A DNA stretch of 64,000 nucleotides from Narcine bancroftii (taxonomy: Eukaryota). A model generated the notes under the pieces. That model worked only from the letters and a program-made list of their open reading frames with translations, was not told where the DNA came from and did no database searches. The position numbers were made by a program, and so were the translations under genes. The stretch lies in assembly GCF_036971445.1 (NCBI RefSeq), contig NC_091475.1:153760001-153824000 (forward strand), read 5' to 3'. Below are positions 11,798 to 23,758 of the stretch, piece after piece (positions within the stretch are counted from its first letter, which is position 1; every line of letters begins with the position of its first letter).

Positions 11798-12420
11798 TAT
11801 GTTGGGATTTATTTATAGAGGGATAACGTACAAGAGCAGGGATGTAATGTTAAAAATCTATAAAGCACTGGTGAGACCTCATGGAGTACTGTGTACAGTT
11901 CTGGGTATTGTGTTTGAGAAAAGACATGCTGGCATTGAGAGAAGATTTACTAGAATAATACCAGGAATTTAAGGGTTAATATATGAGGAACAATTGTTGG
12001 CTCTTGGACTGTTCTTGTTGGAATACAGAAGGATGAGGAGGTACCTCATAGAAGCATTTTGAAAGCTGAAAAGCCTGCACAGAGTAGGTGGCCTAGATGT
12101 TTCCCATGGTAGGTGTTTCTAAAACAAGGGGGCATGACTTCACGATAAAAGGGCATCAATTTAACACAGAGAGTGAAAACTTTCTTTAGTCAGACTGTCA
12201 TGAGTCTGTGGAAATCATTGCCACAGGCAGCGATGGAAGTGAGGTCGTTGGGTGTATTTAAAGCAGAGATTGACAGGTATTTGATTAATCAGGACATCAA
12301 GGGTCAAGGGGAGAAAACCGGGGAATGGGGCTGAGTGGGTGGATGGATCAGTTCATGATTAAAATGGCAGAGCAGACTCGATGGGCCAATGGGCTTACTT
12401 CTGCTCCTCTAACTTGTGAT
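11798..12420 (+). mobile_element. Degraded CR1 3' fragment inserted into an older antisense CR1 3' end (~11725-12760)
   Basis: Encodes MLGFIYRGITYKSRDVMLKIYKALVRPH and carries a CR1-like 3' UTR. The flanks at 11725-11797 and 12421-12760 read as one continuous minus-strand CR1 tail. Confidence 0.7.
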
Positions 12421-12944
12421 ATTAACACATATTCCAGTTCTTGATCTGTAACCTTCTAGAGCTTGGCATTTCATGTGCAAGACATTTATTAATTGTTGTG
12501 AGAGTCTCTACCTCCATCTGTCTCACAGATAATGCATTACAAACTCCTCCTGGGTGAAGAAAAAATGTTCTTAAATCTCTGCCTTACTTTAAACCAATGA
12601 TCTCTAGTTACAGTCACCTGTGCTGTGAGGAAGACCAATCAATTGTCTACCCTATTTTATGCCTCCATTGTCCGTTCCCCCCCCCCCCCTCACTTTAACC
12701 TTTCTTGTTTCAACAGAAACGGACCCAGCCTATTCAGTGCCACTTCACAACTGGGGCACTCTAAGATCCTTTTAGTTAACAATACCCTGTTGCAAAATAA
12801 TACTTTCTTGTCAGCTTGATATGTAGTCATGGAGCTTGTTAGATGAATGATTCAAGTCACTGGAAACGCTCAACGTAGGCACAAATATCTGTCACCCCAT
12901 CCCTAGTAATATCCTCATGAATCCAGAGCAAATGTGTATTTTCT

Positions 12945-13135
12945 TTACAGTAGTGACCAAAATTCCTCTCTATGTTCTAGATGTTGCCTCACCAATGTAT
13001 AATAAAACTGTACAATAGCTTCCTTTCTTTTATGTTCTGGGCCCCAATTCATGAAGGTTAGCATCTTGTCTGCCTTCTTTACTACATGATCTACCTGTGC
13101 TGTCACCTTCAGGGATCTTGGGACAAATACATTTT
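12945..13135 (-). mobile_element. Old CR1 fragment
   Basis: Translation SLKVTAQVDHVVKKADKMLTFM...YYTLVRQHLEH..EFWS. Confidence 0.65.
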
Positions 13136-14211
13136 GTCTTTGGTTGGCTTCACAAACTGCATCATTTTGCACTAATAAACACCTGCTCTGTGCACGACAT
13201 GTGTATTATACTATTTTTTCACCAAATGAATAAATATATTTTTGTCTCTTCATTGTTGCTGGTCCACATCCTGGAGATCCCTATGTAACAAACCCGGCAA
13301 GTTTTACCTCATCGACTACAGTACAGCAGTACAAGAAGGCAACTCATTTCCACCTTTTGAAGGGAAGCATGGGTTGTCCAATTATGTAGGCTGTGTGAAT
13401 AACACTAATCTGAAAATAGAATTAATTCAAAATAGAAAAATCCTGGTATTTTTCACTACTTCTATTTATCTGTTATGAATTTGCACTTGTTTAAATGTAT
13501 GCAAATTTCATTTTTTTGAAATAGTGATGAGATATTTTTCTACTGCATTCTAGGCAGCAATTTAATTCTTTTCAAATCTAAAGATTCACTTTTTTTCCTA
13601 TTTTGTTATCTACTTTTAGGGATCAATCTGCTGCTCATTTTATTATCACTTGCAAGAATCATTTCAGTTGTTCAAAGTGCATAAATAAATGTAGTATTAC
13701 CAGTGCCCAGAACTAGTCCAGCAAGGTAACTTCACATTTATGAATTAAATATTTGGAATTCTGTTTGCTTTGTTTATAGCTCTTGTGTACTTGAACCGGA
13801 GGAGATTTATGATCACTGCCAGATCTTTTCAACTTATCTCCTAATTAGTTCAACAAAATAATTAATACATAAGTGTATCTCCCATTTTTCATTGTACGAG
13901 AGCAAAATATATTACATTTTAGTTACCAAAAACAAAGATTACTTTGCTACTAATGCAAGTGAATTATCAAATATCTAAAAATATAAATAGAAATTATGTG
14001 GAATAGAAAACCAAGGGATTTAAAATGTCAAGTGGAGAACAAGTGGGAAATAGAGGAAAGTAATTAGTGATGGTATTTAGACAAAGGAAAGTACAGGATC
14101 ATAAATTTATGCAAATAATATGAAAATTATAATGAAAAGTGAGTAAGCATTTGAATCATGGCAAATGGAGTATTTTATCCTATGATTAATATGACAGCAA
14201 TTTTTTTTTAA

Positions 14212-14776
14212 TGTTTGACATTACAGTACAGAAAAACAGGCCACTTAACCCTTCCGGTCTGTGCCGACCAATAAAACTAGCTAGTCCCATTGACCTGCTC
14301 TCTTTCGATAACCCTCCTGACCCCTCCCATCCGTGTATTTATCCAATTTATTTTTAAAACTCAAGACTGAATCTGCAATCACTACAGCAGATGGCAGCTC
14401 ATTCCACACTCCTATCACTCTCTGAGTGAAAAACTTTCCCCTAATGTTCCACTTTCAGCCTAAAGCTCTGACCTTTCGTATTTATCTCCCTCAATCTAAA
14501 TGGAAACATCCTACTCACATCTACCCTGTCTATACCCCTCATAATCTTTTAAACCTCTATCAAACCTCCCCTCATCCTTCTTCTTTCCAAGGAGTATAGT
14601 CCTAACCTGTTTAATCTTTCCCAGTAACTCAACTCCTGAAGATCCAGCAACATCTCAGTAAATGTTCTCTGCACTCTTTCAACCTTATTATAGCTTTCCT
14701 GCTGCTGGGCGACCAGAAGTGCACACAATATTCTAAGTGTGTTCTTACCAATGACTTGAATAACTTCAACATAACA
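14212..14776 (-). mobile_element. CR1 3' fragment
   Basis: Collinear with the 3' region of the young CR1 at 7520-8090. Confidence 0.8.
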
Positions 14777-16430
14777 GGATTAAGTTTTTAGTGTTAACTA
14801 GATCTGAAATTTATTGGTAAATGTCAGAAAAGTAAAATAGTAATAGCTCACCTAACAGCATTTTCCTCAGTCTTCTTCTGCCATTTTTTTCAAAGACGTA
14901 TATAAATTGTTTAAAAATTGTGGGGACTCTTTTTGAATTACGTTCAAAATCTATGATTTGATATTAATGCAAAGTTGTTGACTAACCAGGTCATTTATTA
15001 CTCTGATAAGGAGTTTTTTTCCTCTCTTTGCCAACAGCTTTGTTTTTGGTAGTGGGCTTAGATTTTCTTTTTATAATAAAATAATACAGTATTACTATGA
15101 TATAATTTGTTTGAGAATGCGGGGTACCTTGGATGAAATGGTATGTTCTAAATGTAATGTAGTTTTTTTTTAACTTTTAATATGTATTCTGTATTTTTCA
15201 ATGTGGAATTTCAATAAAAAATATTGAAAAAGAAAAACATTTATTACATGAGAGATTCTAAAGCACCCAAACAAGGCAGCAGGACTTAACACACAAGCTG
15301 AAAGATTCTGGCCTGCAGGACATTCTCAAGGAAATCGAGATCAGAGGTCAGAGAATGATGAGCATCCATTGAAGTAACTCTTCCAGAATTGTCACCTGCT
15401 TCATCGAGGTGAGGCAGTGTTTTTACCCATGTGACTGTGGATTGATAGTACCTTTCTACTTAAAGAGTATAAAAATTGGATATAATTTGAGTTCAGATGA
15501 GTTCTATCAATGGATCTTCTTTGTGTGCTTGCTTGGGTTGAATACACACATAGTACATCGACAGCTCCAGTGTGGTTCATTCAAAGTTACACCACAGTAC
15601 ACCGTGTCCTAGCTGGCCGTCAACTATCCATCTCAACTAATCCAATATTACTCCATTTGGCCCAAAGCCTTCTATGCAATGGTTTGCAGCTCAGTAAAGA
15701 ATCATGTGGCACTATTTGATGGACAGTTTATTGTTCCTAGTGTGATGCCAACCAAAAATAATTTGTTTTGTAACCTTCCTCTGCATAAATTGACTATTGT
15801 GTTTACTGATACGCTTGTAATTTCAGCGATTCAAAACAAGTGAATCATTAGGAGGACATCCTGAGAATGAAATAAGGCACCAAATAAATCAGACATTTTT
15901 CTTCCTTTAACTTTCAATTTCCACTGCATTAAAATGAAATAATAACATTTCACACTGAATCATATCAATGGGTTTTTGAATTCTAGGTATGTGATGCAGA
16001 ATTACTTCACAATGTGCAAAGAATGATAAGTCTTTAGACATCTGACTGTTTGTTCCAGATTATTTTCCTTGCTGGATTCATGGTCATCTATTTGTTTTTC
16101 ATTAAATTTTCATATAAATCAGTGACATTTTTCAAGGTTATATGCTCATTGTTTAAAATCTCCAATTCCTTCCACTCTTTTCACTATTACCACGGTATTC
16201 TCAACTACATTACATTGTAATTATGATAAGGATTTATTCTTCTCCATCTCAATCTCTCCATGCCATTCCCCTCAAATATATCTCCCTGTCCTCTGGGATT
16301 ACTTTCTTTTGGTTTCATTGATATCTATCAGAATCAGGGCAACTGCTCTAATGACATAATTCTTCATTGCTGCCTGCTACATTCTAGGTCAGGAATGTAT
16401 CTTCAGCCATCTCATTTCTGAAGGATATAG

Positions 16431-16615
16431 AAGGAGTTTGTACATTCTGCCTGTGTCTGCGTGGGTTATCCCTGGGGGCTCCAGTTTCCTCACACCATTC
16501 AAAACATACTGGGGTTAAAGGTCAATTGGGTCTAATTGGGTGGCATGAGCTTGTGGGCCAAGAATGTTTGTTACCATTGCTTTATGTCTAAATTTAAAAA
16601 TTTTAATTCAAAAAT
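16431..16615 (+). mobile_element. V-SINE-like SINE, 5'-truncated
   Basis: Core GGAGTTTGTACATTCTGCCTGTGTCTGCGTGGGTT..CTCCAGTTTCCTCAC resembles the V-domain and is followed by a CR1-like tail. Homologous to 55668-55906 and 59335-59597. Confidence 0.7.
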
Positions 16616-18406
16616 TTAACAATACCACATCAAACGTTAATCCTGTGATTGCTATTCTTCAAAGGTTCCAAAACTACCAAAACCTTTGTGTTGCAATGCT
16701 TACCGTTACCAAGTCAAGACTTCTGCTGCTTTCTAATTTCATAGTGCATTCATGAAAATTGGCTGAACCAGGGCTGATATCCCCCAATAAAACAGCCTCC
16801 GTTATTCCCAATGACCTCCTTCCTTCTGTTCCCTGAGAAGAAATTATATTTTGACTAGGCTGCTTTGCAGCAGGCACCATTGGTAAATTCCAAATTAAAA
16901 ATTATGTGTTCTGTTGAAAGCCTTAATCTTAATTCAGATATTAAACAATCTGAAGTAGTAAATACACTGGCACATCCTAGACATGACAGGTGTCACTTAT
17001 TCAAATACACTGCTTAATCTTGAGTCAGCACAACCATTCCCCAGCTCTACCCTCGGACCTTCCATTCTCTGTTAAACTGATGGTTCCCTGGTGATACCCC
17101 TCCAGCAGACCAGACTCATTCTCAGTATTACTCTTCTGCTTATCTGACTGCACACTTGGCACCACCCTCCATCAGCTCAGCTGCTCTCTCTTCGTGCTAC
17201 CAGTCCATTGGCAGGCTGCTTTCTCAGTACTAGTCTCTCTGCTATCACTCCAACATCACTCCAGCTGCTCAGAACTGCCCTTCTGACAGCCTGTTGCTCC
17301 CTTTATGCTACCCTTTCATCAGCCTCCCATTCTCTCAGTCATAACTTCTCTGTCACATCACTACTCAGTGCTGTTTTTTTCTTAGCAATGGAATGACTGT
17401 ACTGTAAAATTGTTTCCCATCTGTCATTTTATCTTCCAATTACTTAAATTTAATGTTTAATTGGTAAAAATAACACCAAACATAACAAATTGTCAGTTAA
17501 GTTGCTTCAAATGGAAGGAAATGGAGGATCTAAGTCCTCACTAATCCATCCGAAACTTCCAAACAAAGAAATCTGGGATGAAACAACCAAGAAAGACAGT
17601 GAATCAGAGATGGTGAGATCAATTGCAAATTAGATACAGAAGGACAAATGAGGAGACAGATTTAAAAAAAGATAATATGTTGTGTTAAATGCTTGAGATA
17701 TTAGGAATAAATATTATCAACTGAGATAGAATTTGTAAATGTTGAGCATTTGGCCTTCTAGAGTGAGGTTATGTAACACTCACTTAGCTAACAGATTGAT
17801 TTACTTTGTTTATTTGTAGAATGAGTGATCATTTGTTTGGGCATTGTATAGGATCTGATATTGCCTCCTTGCCCAAGGTTTTATTTACGTGCATATAATT
17901 GTTAATTTCCATTGCATTTCTTCAGGACCTCTTAGCTTTAACAGAACAAATGCCATAATTTTGGGATGATCAGAATGTTCTCTTAACTTCTTTGGGGGAA
18001 ATTGAGAAATATTTGTAATCACATCAAAATTATCCAATATGTGAAATTCACTGCAAGATGGTTTTGGAAAATACGGGGAACACATTTGCTCAACTATGCC
18101 TTTTCAATAAATCTTACTGTAAGCTTACTTCCTCTATACTGTATTTGAAAGCACATTGTTACAATTTTGGTTAATTTTTTTACCATTTTCAGTTGCATTA
18201 TTTACTTTTCCAATTGGTTTGCCAATGCAAATTCATCGTAATTACTGTATGATCAGCATGGTGTGGTAGAAACATTTAAAATAGAATAGTGTAGCACATT
18301 GCAGGCTCTTCTCCCCATGATGTTGTACCAACGTATTTGAAACAATTCCACATCAAACTAATACACAAAAGTTCTCGAGAAATTCAGCAGTTCAAGTAAC
18401 ATCTAT

Positions 18407-19199
18407 AGCCCCTTTCAGGTACATTCTCCACCAGGAATGCGCCTGCAGAAGTGGATTCAGATCTGTGGAATGGTCGTTCAGCGCAGCGCTGGCCACCTGA
18501 AAGGGACTGCTGCATAGGAGGAGCCTCGGAGCACACTCCAGCTCCTGTCCCTTCGGGATGCCGGAACTGGGGTTGCCAGTGCAGGACTACAGGGCTGGGG
18601 TGGCCGGTGCAGGACGTCAGGGGTCGGGCATCCATGCCGGCTGCTCCAGCCCTGATGTTCTGCACCGGCCACCCCAGCCATGAAGTCTTGTGCTGGCCAC
18701 CCCAGCTCTGTAGTCCTGCGCTGACTGCCCCAGCCCTGTAGTCCCGCACTGCCCACCCCAGCCCTGATGTCCCACACTGGCCACCCCAGCCCTGACATCC
18801 CGCACCGGCCACCCCAGCCCTGACATCTTGCACCAGCCACTCCAGCCCTGACATCCCGCACTGGCCACCCCAGCCCTGACATCCTGCGCCAGCCACTCCA
18901 GCCCTGACATCCCGTGCTGGTTTCCCCTGCCCTGACATTCCGCACCAGGGGGCAGGGGAGGCAGGAAGGGGGACTTTCAGGTGCTTGCCATCTGATTGTC
19001 ATCCTATTAGCAGCCACTTTGAGGTGGTTGCATTCAGGTACCTGGAGGACTTCAGTGCTCCAGCGATTATCCCTCTTGGAGGAAGGTTGAAAAGTGCGCA
19101 CAGTGGTGCCTCCTGCTCTTTCAGGTGGCCTCCCGACAGCCGCATAGGGGTAGAATATGTGGCTTTACATAGGGGTATTTTGGCCACCTGAAAGTGTCT
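18407..19199. mobile_element. Palindromic MITE-like non-autonomous DNA transposon
   Basis: Terminal inverted repeats AGCCCCTTTCAGGT / ACCTGAAAGTGTCT. The CTTTCAGGTG motif repeats internally in both orientations. It is a GC-rich island in AT-rich DNA; no clear TSD. Confidence 0.6.
18647..18945 (+). repeat. 28-bp GC-rich tandem repeat (~10-11 units)
   Basis: Unit AGCCCTGACATCCCGCACCGGCCACCCC; period counted from 18788 to 18816. About 2.5 inverted units lie at 18553-18622. Confidence 0.9.
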
Positions 19200-19200
19200 C

Positions 19201-19675
19201 ATGGCTAGGAGAGCAATTCTTCTTAAATGGAAGGATCTCACTCCACCTACTCCAGTTCAATTGTTTCCTCAAGCCATAGCCTGTTTGAATTTAGAGAAAA
19301 TTAGAAGTGCTACATTTGATTCCTCTGTTAAATTTGAAGAAACTTGGCACCCATTCACACAATATTTTCATATGATATAATTTCTAACATTTTCTCTGAT
19401 TTATAGTCCCTTCCTGATACCATTAAGTTTGTCTTTTGGATGAGGGCCAGGCTTCTTATGTTTGATGAATGCTGATCCAAGGCTTTCTAGTTTTTTGTTT
19501 ATTTGTCTTTTAGATTAGTATTAGTTTTTTCTATAAAGTGAATTCTTTTCTCTTTATTGAGTACTATTGTTATTTACTGATTGCTGTATATTGTAATCTT
19601 TTCAATTATGTATCCTTATTCTATCCAAGAATTGTTTATTGCATATTTTATATTAAAATCAATTAAAAGATTGAA
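19201..19675 (+). mobile_element. L1 3'-end fragment (a different L1 family)
   Basis: Encodes MARRAILLKWKDLTPPT...IACLNLEKIRS...KFEETWHPF, then a T-rich UTR ending ATTAAAAG. Confidence 0.7.
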
Positions 19676-19724
19676 AGTTTAGTTTATTTTCACATGTACA
19701 GAAATACTGTGAAAAGCTTAGTAA

Positions 19725-20900
19725 TGTTGAAGCTTTCTAAGAACCTTCTTGGAATATTGTGTTCAGTTCTAGTCACCTCAACATAGGTAAGATTGGATGC
19801 CATAGAGAAGGTGCAGAGGAGATTTACAAGAATGTTGCCTGGATTAGAGAGCATGGCTTAGGAGGATAGGTTGAGTGAACTTGGTCTTTTCTCCTCGCAG
19901 CTACTGAAGGTGAGGGGTGACCTGATAGGGGTGTACAAGATGATGAGAAGCAGAGATCGTGTGGATAGAGGCTTTTTTTCCCCAGAGGTGAAATGGCTAA
20001 CATGAGTGGGCATAAGTTTAAAGGTGCTTGGGAGTAAATACCAGGTGGAAATAAGAGGCAAGTTTGTCACACAGGGTGGTGGCTGCATAGAATTTGCTGC
20101 TGGCAATGGTTGTGGATGCAGGTATGGTAGGATATTGGTTGTGGATGAGGGTATGGTAGGATATTGGTTGTGGATGCAGGTATGGTAGGATATTGATTGT
20201 GGATGCAGATATGGTAAGATATTGGTTGTGGATGCAGATATGGTAGGATATTGGTTGTGGATGCAGATATGGTAGGATATTGGTTGTGGATGCAGATATG
20301 GTAGGATATTGGTTGTGGATGCAGGTATGGTAGGATATTGGTTGTGGATGCTGGTATGGTAGGATATTTTAATGGTTGTGTATGGAGATATGGTAGGATA
20401 TTTTAATGGTTGTGGATACAGGTATGATAGGATATTGGTTGTGGATGCAAGTATGGTAGGATATTGGTTGTGGATGAGGGTATGGTAGGATATTGGTTGT
20501 GGATGCAGGTATGGTAGGATATTGGTTGTGGATGCAGATATGGTAGGATATTGGTTGTGGATGCAGATATGGTAGGATATTGGTTGTGGATGCAGATATG
20601 GTAGGATATTGGTTGTGGATGCAGGTATGGTAGGATATTGGTTGTGGATGCTGGTATGGTAGGATATTTTAATGGTTGTGGATGGAGATATGGTAGGATA
20701 TTTTAATGGTTGTGGATGCAGGTATGATAGGATATTGGTTGTGGATGCAAGTATGGTAGGATATTGGTTGTGGATGCAGGTATGGTAGGATATTGGTTGT
20801 GGATGCAGGTATGGTAGGATATTTTAAGATGCTATTAAATAAGTACGTGCAACTGATTTAAAAAAAATTGAGTTTATGCAGGAGGAAAAATCTCGGCAGT
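19725..20900 (+). mobile_element. CR1 3' fragment containing a minisatellite expansion
   Basis: Encodes LEYCVQF, VQRRFTRMLPGL and RGDLIGVYKMM. CR1 sequence resumes (TTTAAGATGCTATTA) after the array. Confidence 0.8.
20107..20824 (+). repeat. 29-bp minisatellite (~24 units)
   Basis: Unit GGTTGTGGATGCAG(G/A)TATGGTAGGATATT. Four units carry an extra TTAAT. Confidence 0.95.
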
Positions 20901-20914
20901 TGTTAGATTATATT

Positions 20915-22040
20915 TGAGATTTACCATCACAGTCATACATGACATTACATACCACCCTGAGATTCATTTTTCTGTGGGTGAGGCAGAATTACCACTTATT
21001 GGTCATGCAAAATAAAACTCTCTATACCGCACATACATGTTAACAAACAAAGAACAGTAAATAGATAACTAATACAAACAAACTGACTGTGCAACACAGA
21101 GAATTAAAAAAATAAAGTGCACAAGAAAGAGTCCTTAAATGAGTCCCTGTTTAAGATTGATGTTGAGGAGTCTGATGGTGGAGGGGGTGAACCTGGTGAT
21201 GTGAGTCTTGTGGCACCTAGACCTCTTTCCTGATGATAGCAGTGAGAACAGAGCATATACTGGTTGGTGTGAATCCTAGATGATTGCTGCTGCTCTCCAA
21301 CGACAGCATTCCTTGTAGATGTTCTCAATAATAGGGAGGGTTTTGCCTGTGATATCCTGGTCCATTACCTTTTGCAGGGCTTTATGCTCAGGAGTATTGG
21401 TATCCTCATAGCAGCCTGTGATGCATCTGGTCAGTACACCATACATCTGTAGAAATTTGACAGGATTTCTGATGTCATGCCAAACCTTCCTAAATTCCTG
21501 AGGAAGTAGAGGCACTGATGTGCCAATGCCATTAATATGTTCAGTCCAGGAAAGATTCTCCAAGATAGTGATTCCCAAGAACTTATATTTGCTCGCCCTC
21601 TCCACCTCTCATCCCCCAATGATCACTGGATTGTAGACCTCTGGCTTTCCCTTCCTGAAGTCATCAATCGACTCCTTAATTTTGGTGACATTGAGTACAA
21701 GGTTGTGGTTGGTGCACGATTCAGCCATGTTTTCAATCTCCCTCTTGTATACTGACTCATCCTCTTTCTTTATACAACCCACTACAGTGGCAGATGGTAG
21801 ATGGTGTTGTTATTATTTTTCTTAACCACACAGTCATAGATGTAAAATGAGTAGAACAGGAATGCAGCCCTGTGGTGCTCCAGGACTGATGGAGATCGTG
21901 GAGCTGTTCTTTCCAATCCTCACTGATTGTGGTCTGGAGGGGAGGAAATCCATGATCCAATTACACAGTGAGGTGTTGAGTCTCAGTTCTTGGAGTTTGA
22001 TGATCAATTTGGAGGGAATGATGGGGATGATGAGGGTATT
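20915..22040 (-). mobile_element. Rex1/Babar-clade LINE, degraded 3' part
   Basis: Encodes KYKFLGITILENLSWTEHI, AHQCLYFLRNLGRFG and LPIIENIYKECC, typical of the Rex1/Babar C-terminus. Confidence 0.7.
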
Positions 22041-22110
22041 AGGTTATTAAATTGGCACAACATTGTGGAGCAGAGAGTCAACCAATGCATTAGATTTCTA
22101 TGTTCGATAT

Positions 22111-22338
22111 CAGCCATTGTCAACAGGAGCCATGCAACCTATTGGGAGGCACAGAACATTTAAGGAGGTCCACAAACTGAAATCATGAAGTTTTTAAAAA
22201 GTTTTTTTTTGTGTAGTCAGCAGGAGAGAAGTTACATACGAAACCAACTAAACTTGACAGCTTCACAGGGAAGGGGGTCCACAAACTTTCAGAAGAGTCT
22301 AAGGGGGTCATAGACAAAAAAAAGGTTGAGAATGGCTG
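22111..22338. mobile_element. hAT-type MITE (228 bp)
   Basis: TIRs CAGCCATTGTCAAC / GTTGAGAATGGCTG (13/14 match). Imperfect 8-bp TSD TTCGATAT / TTCTCTAT. Confidence 0.75.
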
Positions 22339-23379
22339 TTCTCTATTATATGGAAACATGGATGTATGATATGGACAGAGAATCAAGAAAGGTAATCCCT
22401 TGAAGCCTCTTCTGAAAGTTATGGTTGAAGTACCTCACACTCAATCATTTGGAGTGGCTGGAAAGTAACATGAGGCTTCTTCTCCGACAAATAAAAGGTC
22501 CAACAACACTAAAATATGTAGAGAACCAGTAAAATTTTAAAACTCTGTTCTAATTCTTCAGCATTCCTTGTTTTGTACACAGATAGTTTCACTGTTTGAA
22601 GAATGGAAGCTATAATCATTTCCCATCTTTGGCTGCCCTGAAGAGTTTCGGATTTGACCACGTTGTGTAGGACTGTAATCATCTGTATCACCAAATGGTG
22701 GCATGTTCACGCTAAATCATGGAATAGGATGGAAATACATGGATGTGGAAGGTTTCACTTTGGTATTCAAAGGAACACACCAGGAAGCCTCAATTTTCTA
22801 TGCAAGGCTGGTTTCAAGAGCAGAAAAGGTTATTGAATGTTAAACAGGCTTTAGGCCTTGAACATTGTCATCAGACACCAGTATTTGCAATTCAGACAAG
22901 TTGAAACCTCTATTTTAATCCCACCCACATTCTGTTTTATTCAAGCATGAAGTTGTAATCAGCCCTGAAGCATTCATTTTCATTTCAGCAATTTGAAACA
23001 AGTTCTTTAGTTTGTTTAATTACACCCATGCTGGTAGTTATGCCAATGTCAACATGACTTACCTACAAACTCATGATCAACCCCTCTGAAGTGCAATCAG
23101 TATATCTAAAATCTTACATTTGACTGGATATTTCCTATCAAGCTTCACCATTACAAATTTCTGTTTGACTGTTTATAATGGAAATTGCCTATTTAAATTT
23201 GTCACACTGTGCATATATTCTATTACCAGTCATAATACTGTCACCGATTTACATTTTCCAGATCATCATAGCTTATCCTTTTACAGCGAATGTAAATGAT
23301 CGTCTTCCTTTCAAATGTCCTTAGCATTGAAGTTACTTATACATAATACCTAAAATGTAAAATATGGAATAGAATGAAC

Positions 23380-23758
23380 TGTAATGAGGTTGCTATGGCT
23401 ATAGCTAGGTTATAGCTTTCAGTTTTAGCCCTAAGGCTGTAGCTCGAATCTGCAGAAGAAAGACACACACACCAGTAGAGTGTATTCAACATTGAATTTA
23501 TTCAGTAGCAGCTCTGCCTTTCATAGTCAGCTTCGCCGCATCACCACTGGGGTGTGACTTGAGCGGGCAGGCTGCCAATTGGTTACCTCGAATGCCCAGG
23601 CCCTGATTGGGACCCCTGTGATCCACTGGCAGTGATTGGCCAGTTTCACCACTCTGCCGGTGGTCTATGGAAATGGGCGTTTCAGCTCGCACGATGCTTT
23701 GCTGCTCGCCTCATTCGATGGCCATTTCCTGTGTCAGCCCGAGGCATGGGCTGCTACA
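23380..23758 (-). repeat. 3' LTR of the CsRn1-like element
   Basis: TGTAATGAGG...GCTGCTACA; direct repeat of 27396-27753. Confidence 0.9.

Noticed and set aside
18384-19101. Overlapping 184- and 207-aa repetitive ORFs
   Set aside because: By-products of a GC-rich 28-bp tandem repeat (not a multiple of 3) that is open in several frames.
20107-20824. CRISPR-like array (29-bp repeats)
   Set aside because: Units are head-to-tail with no unique spacers, derive from CR1 sequence, and there are no cas genes in this eukaryotic context.
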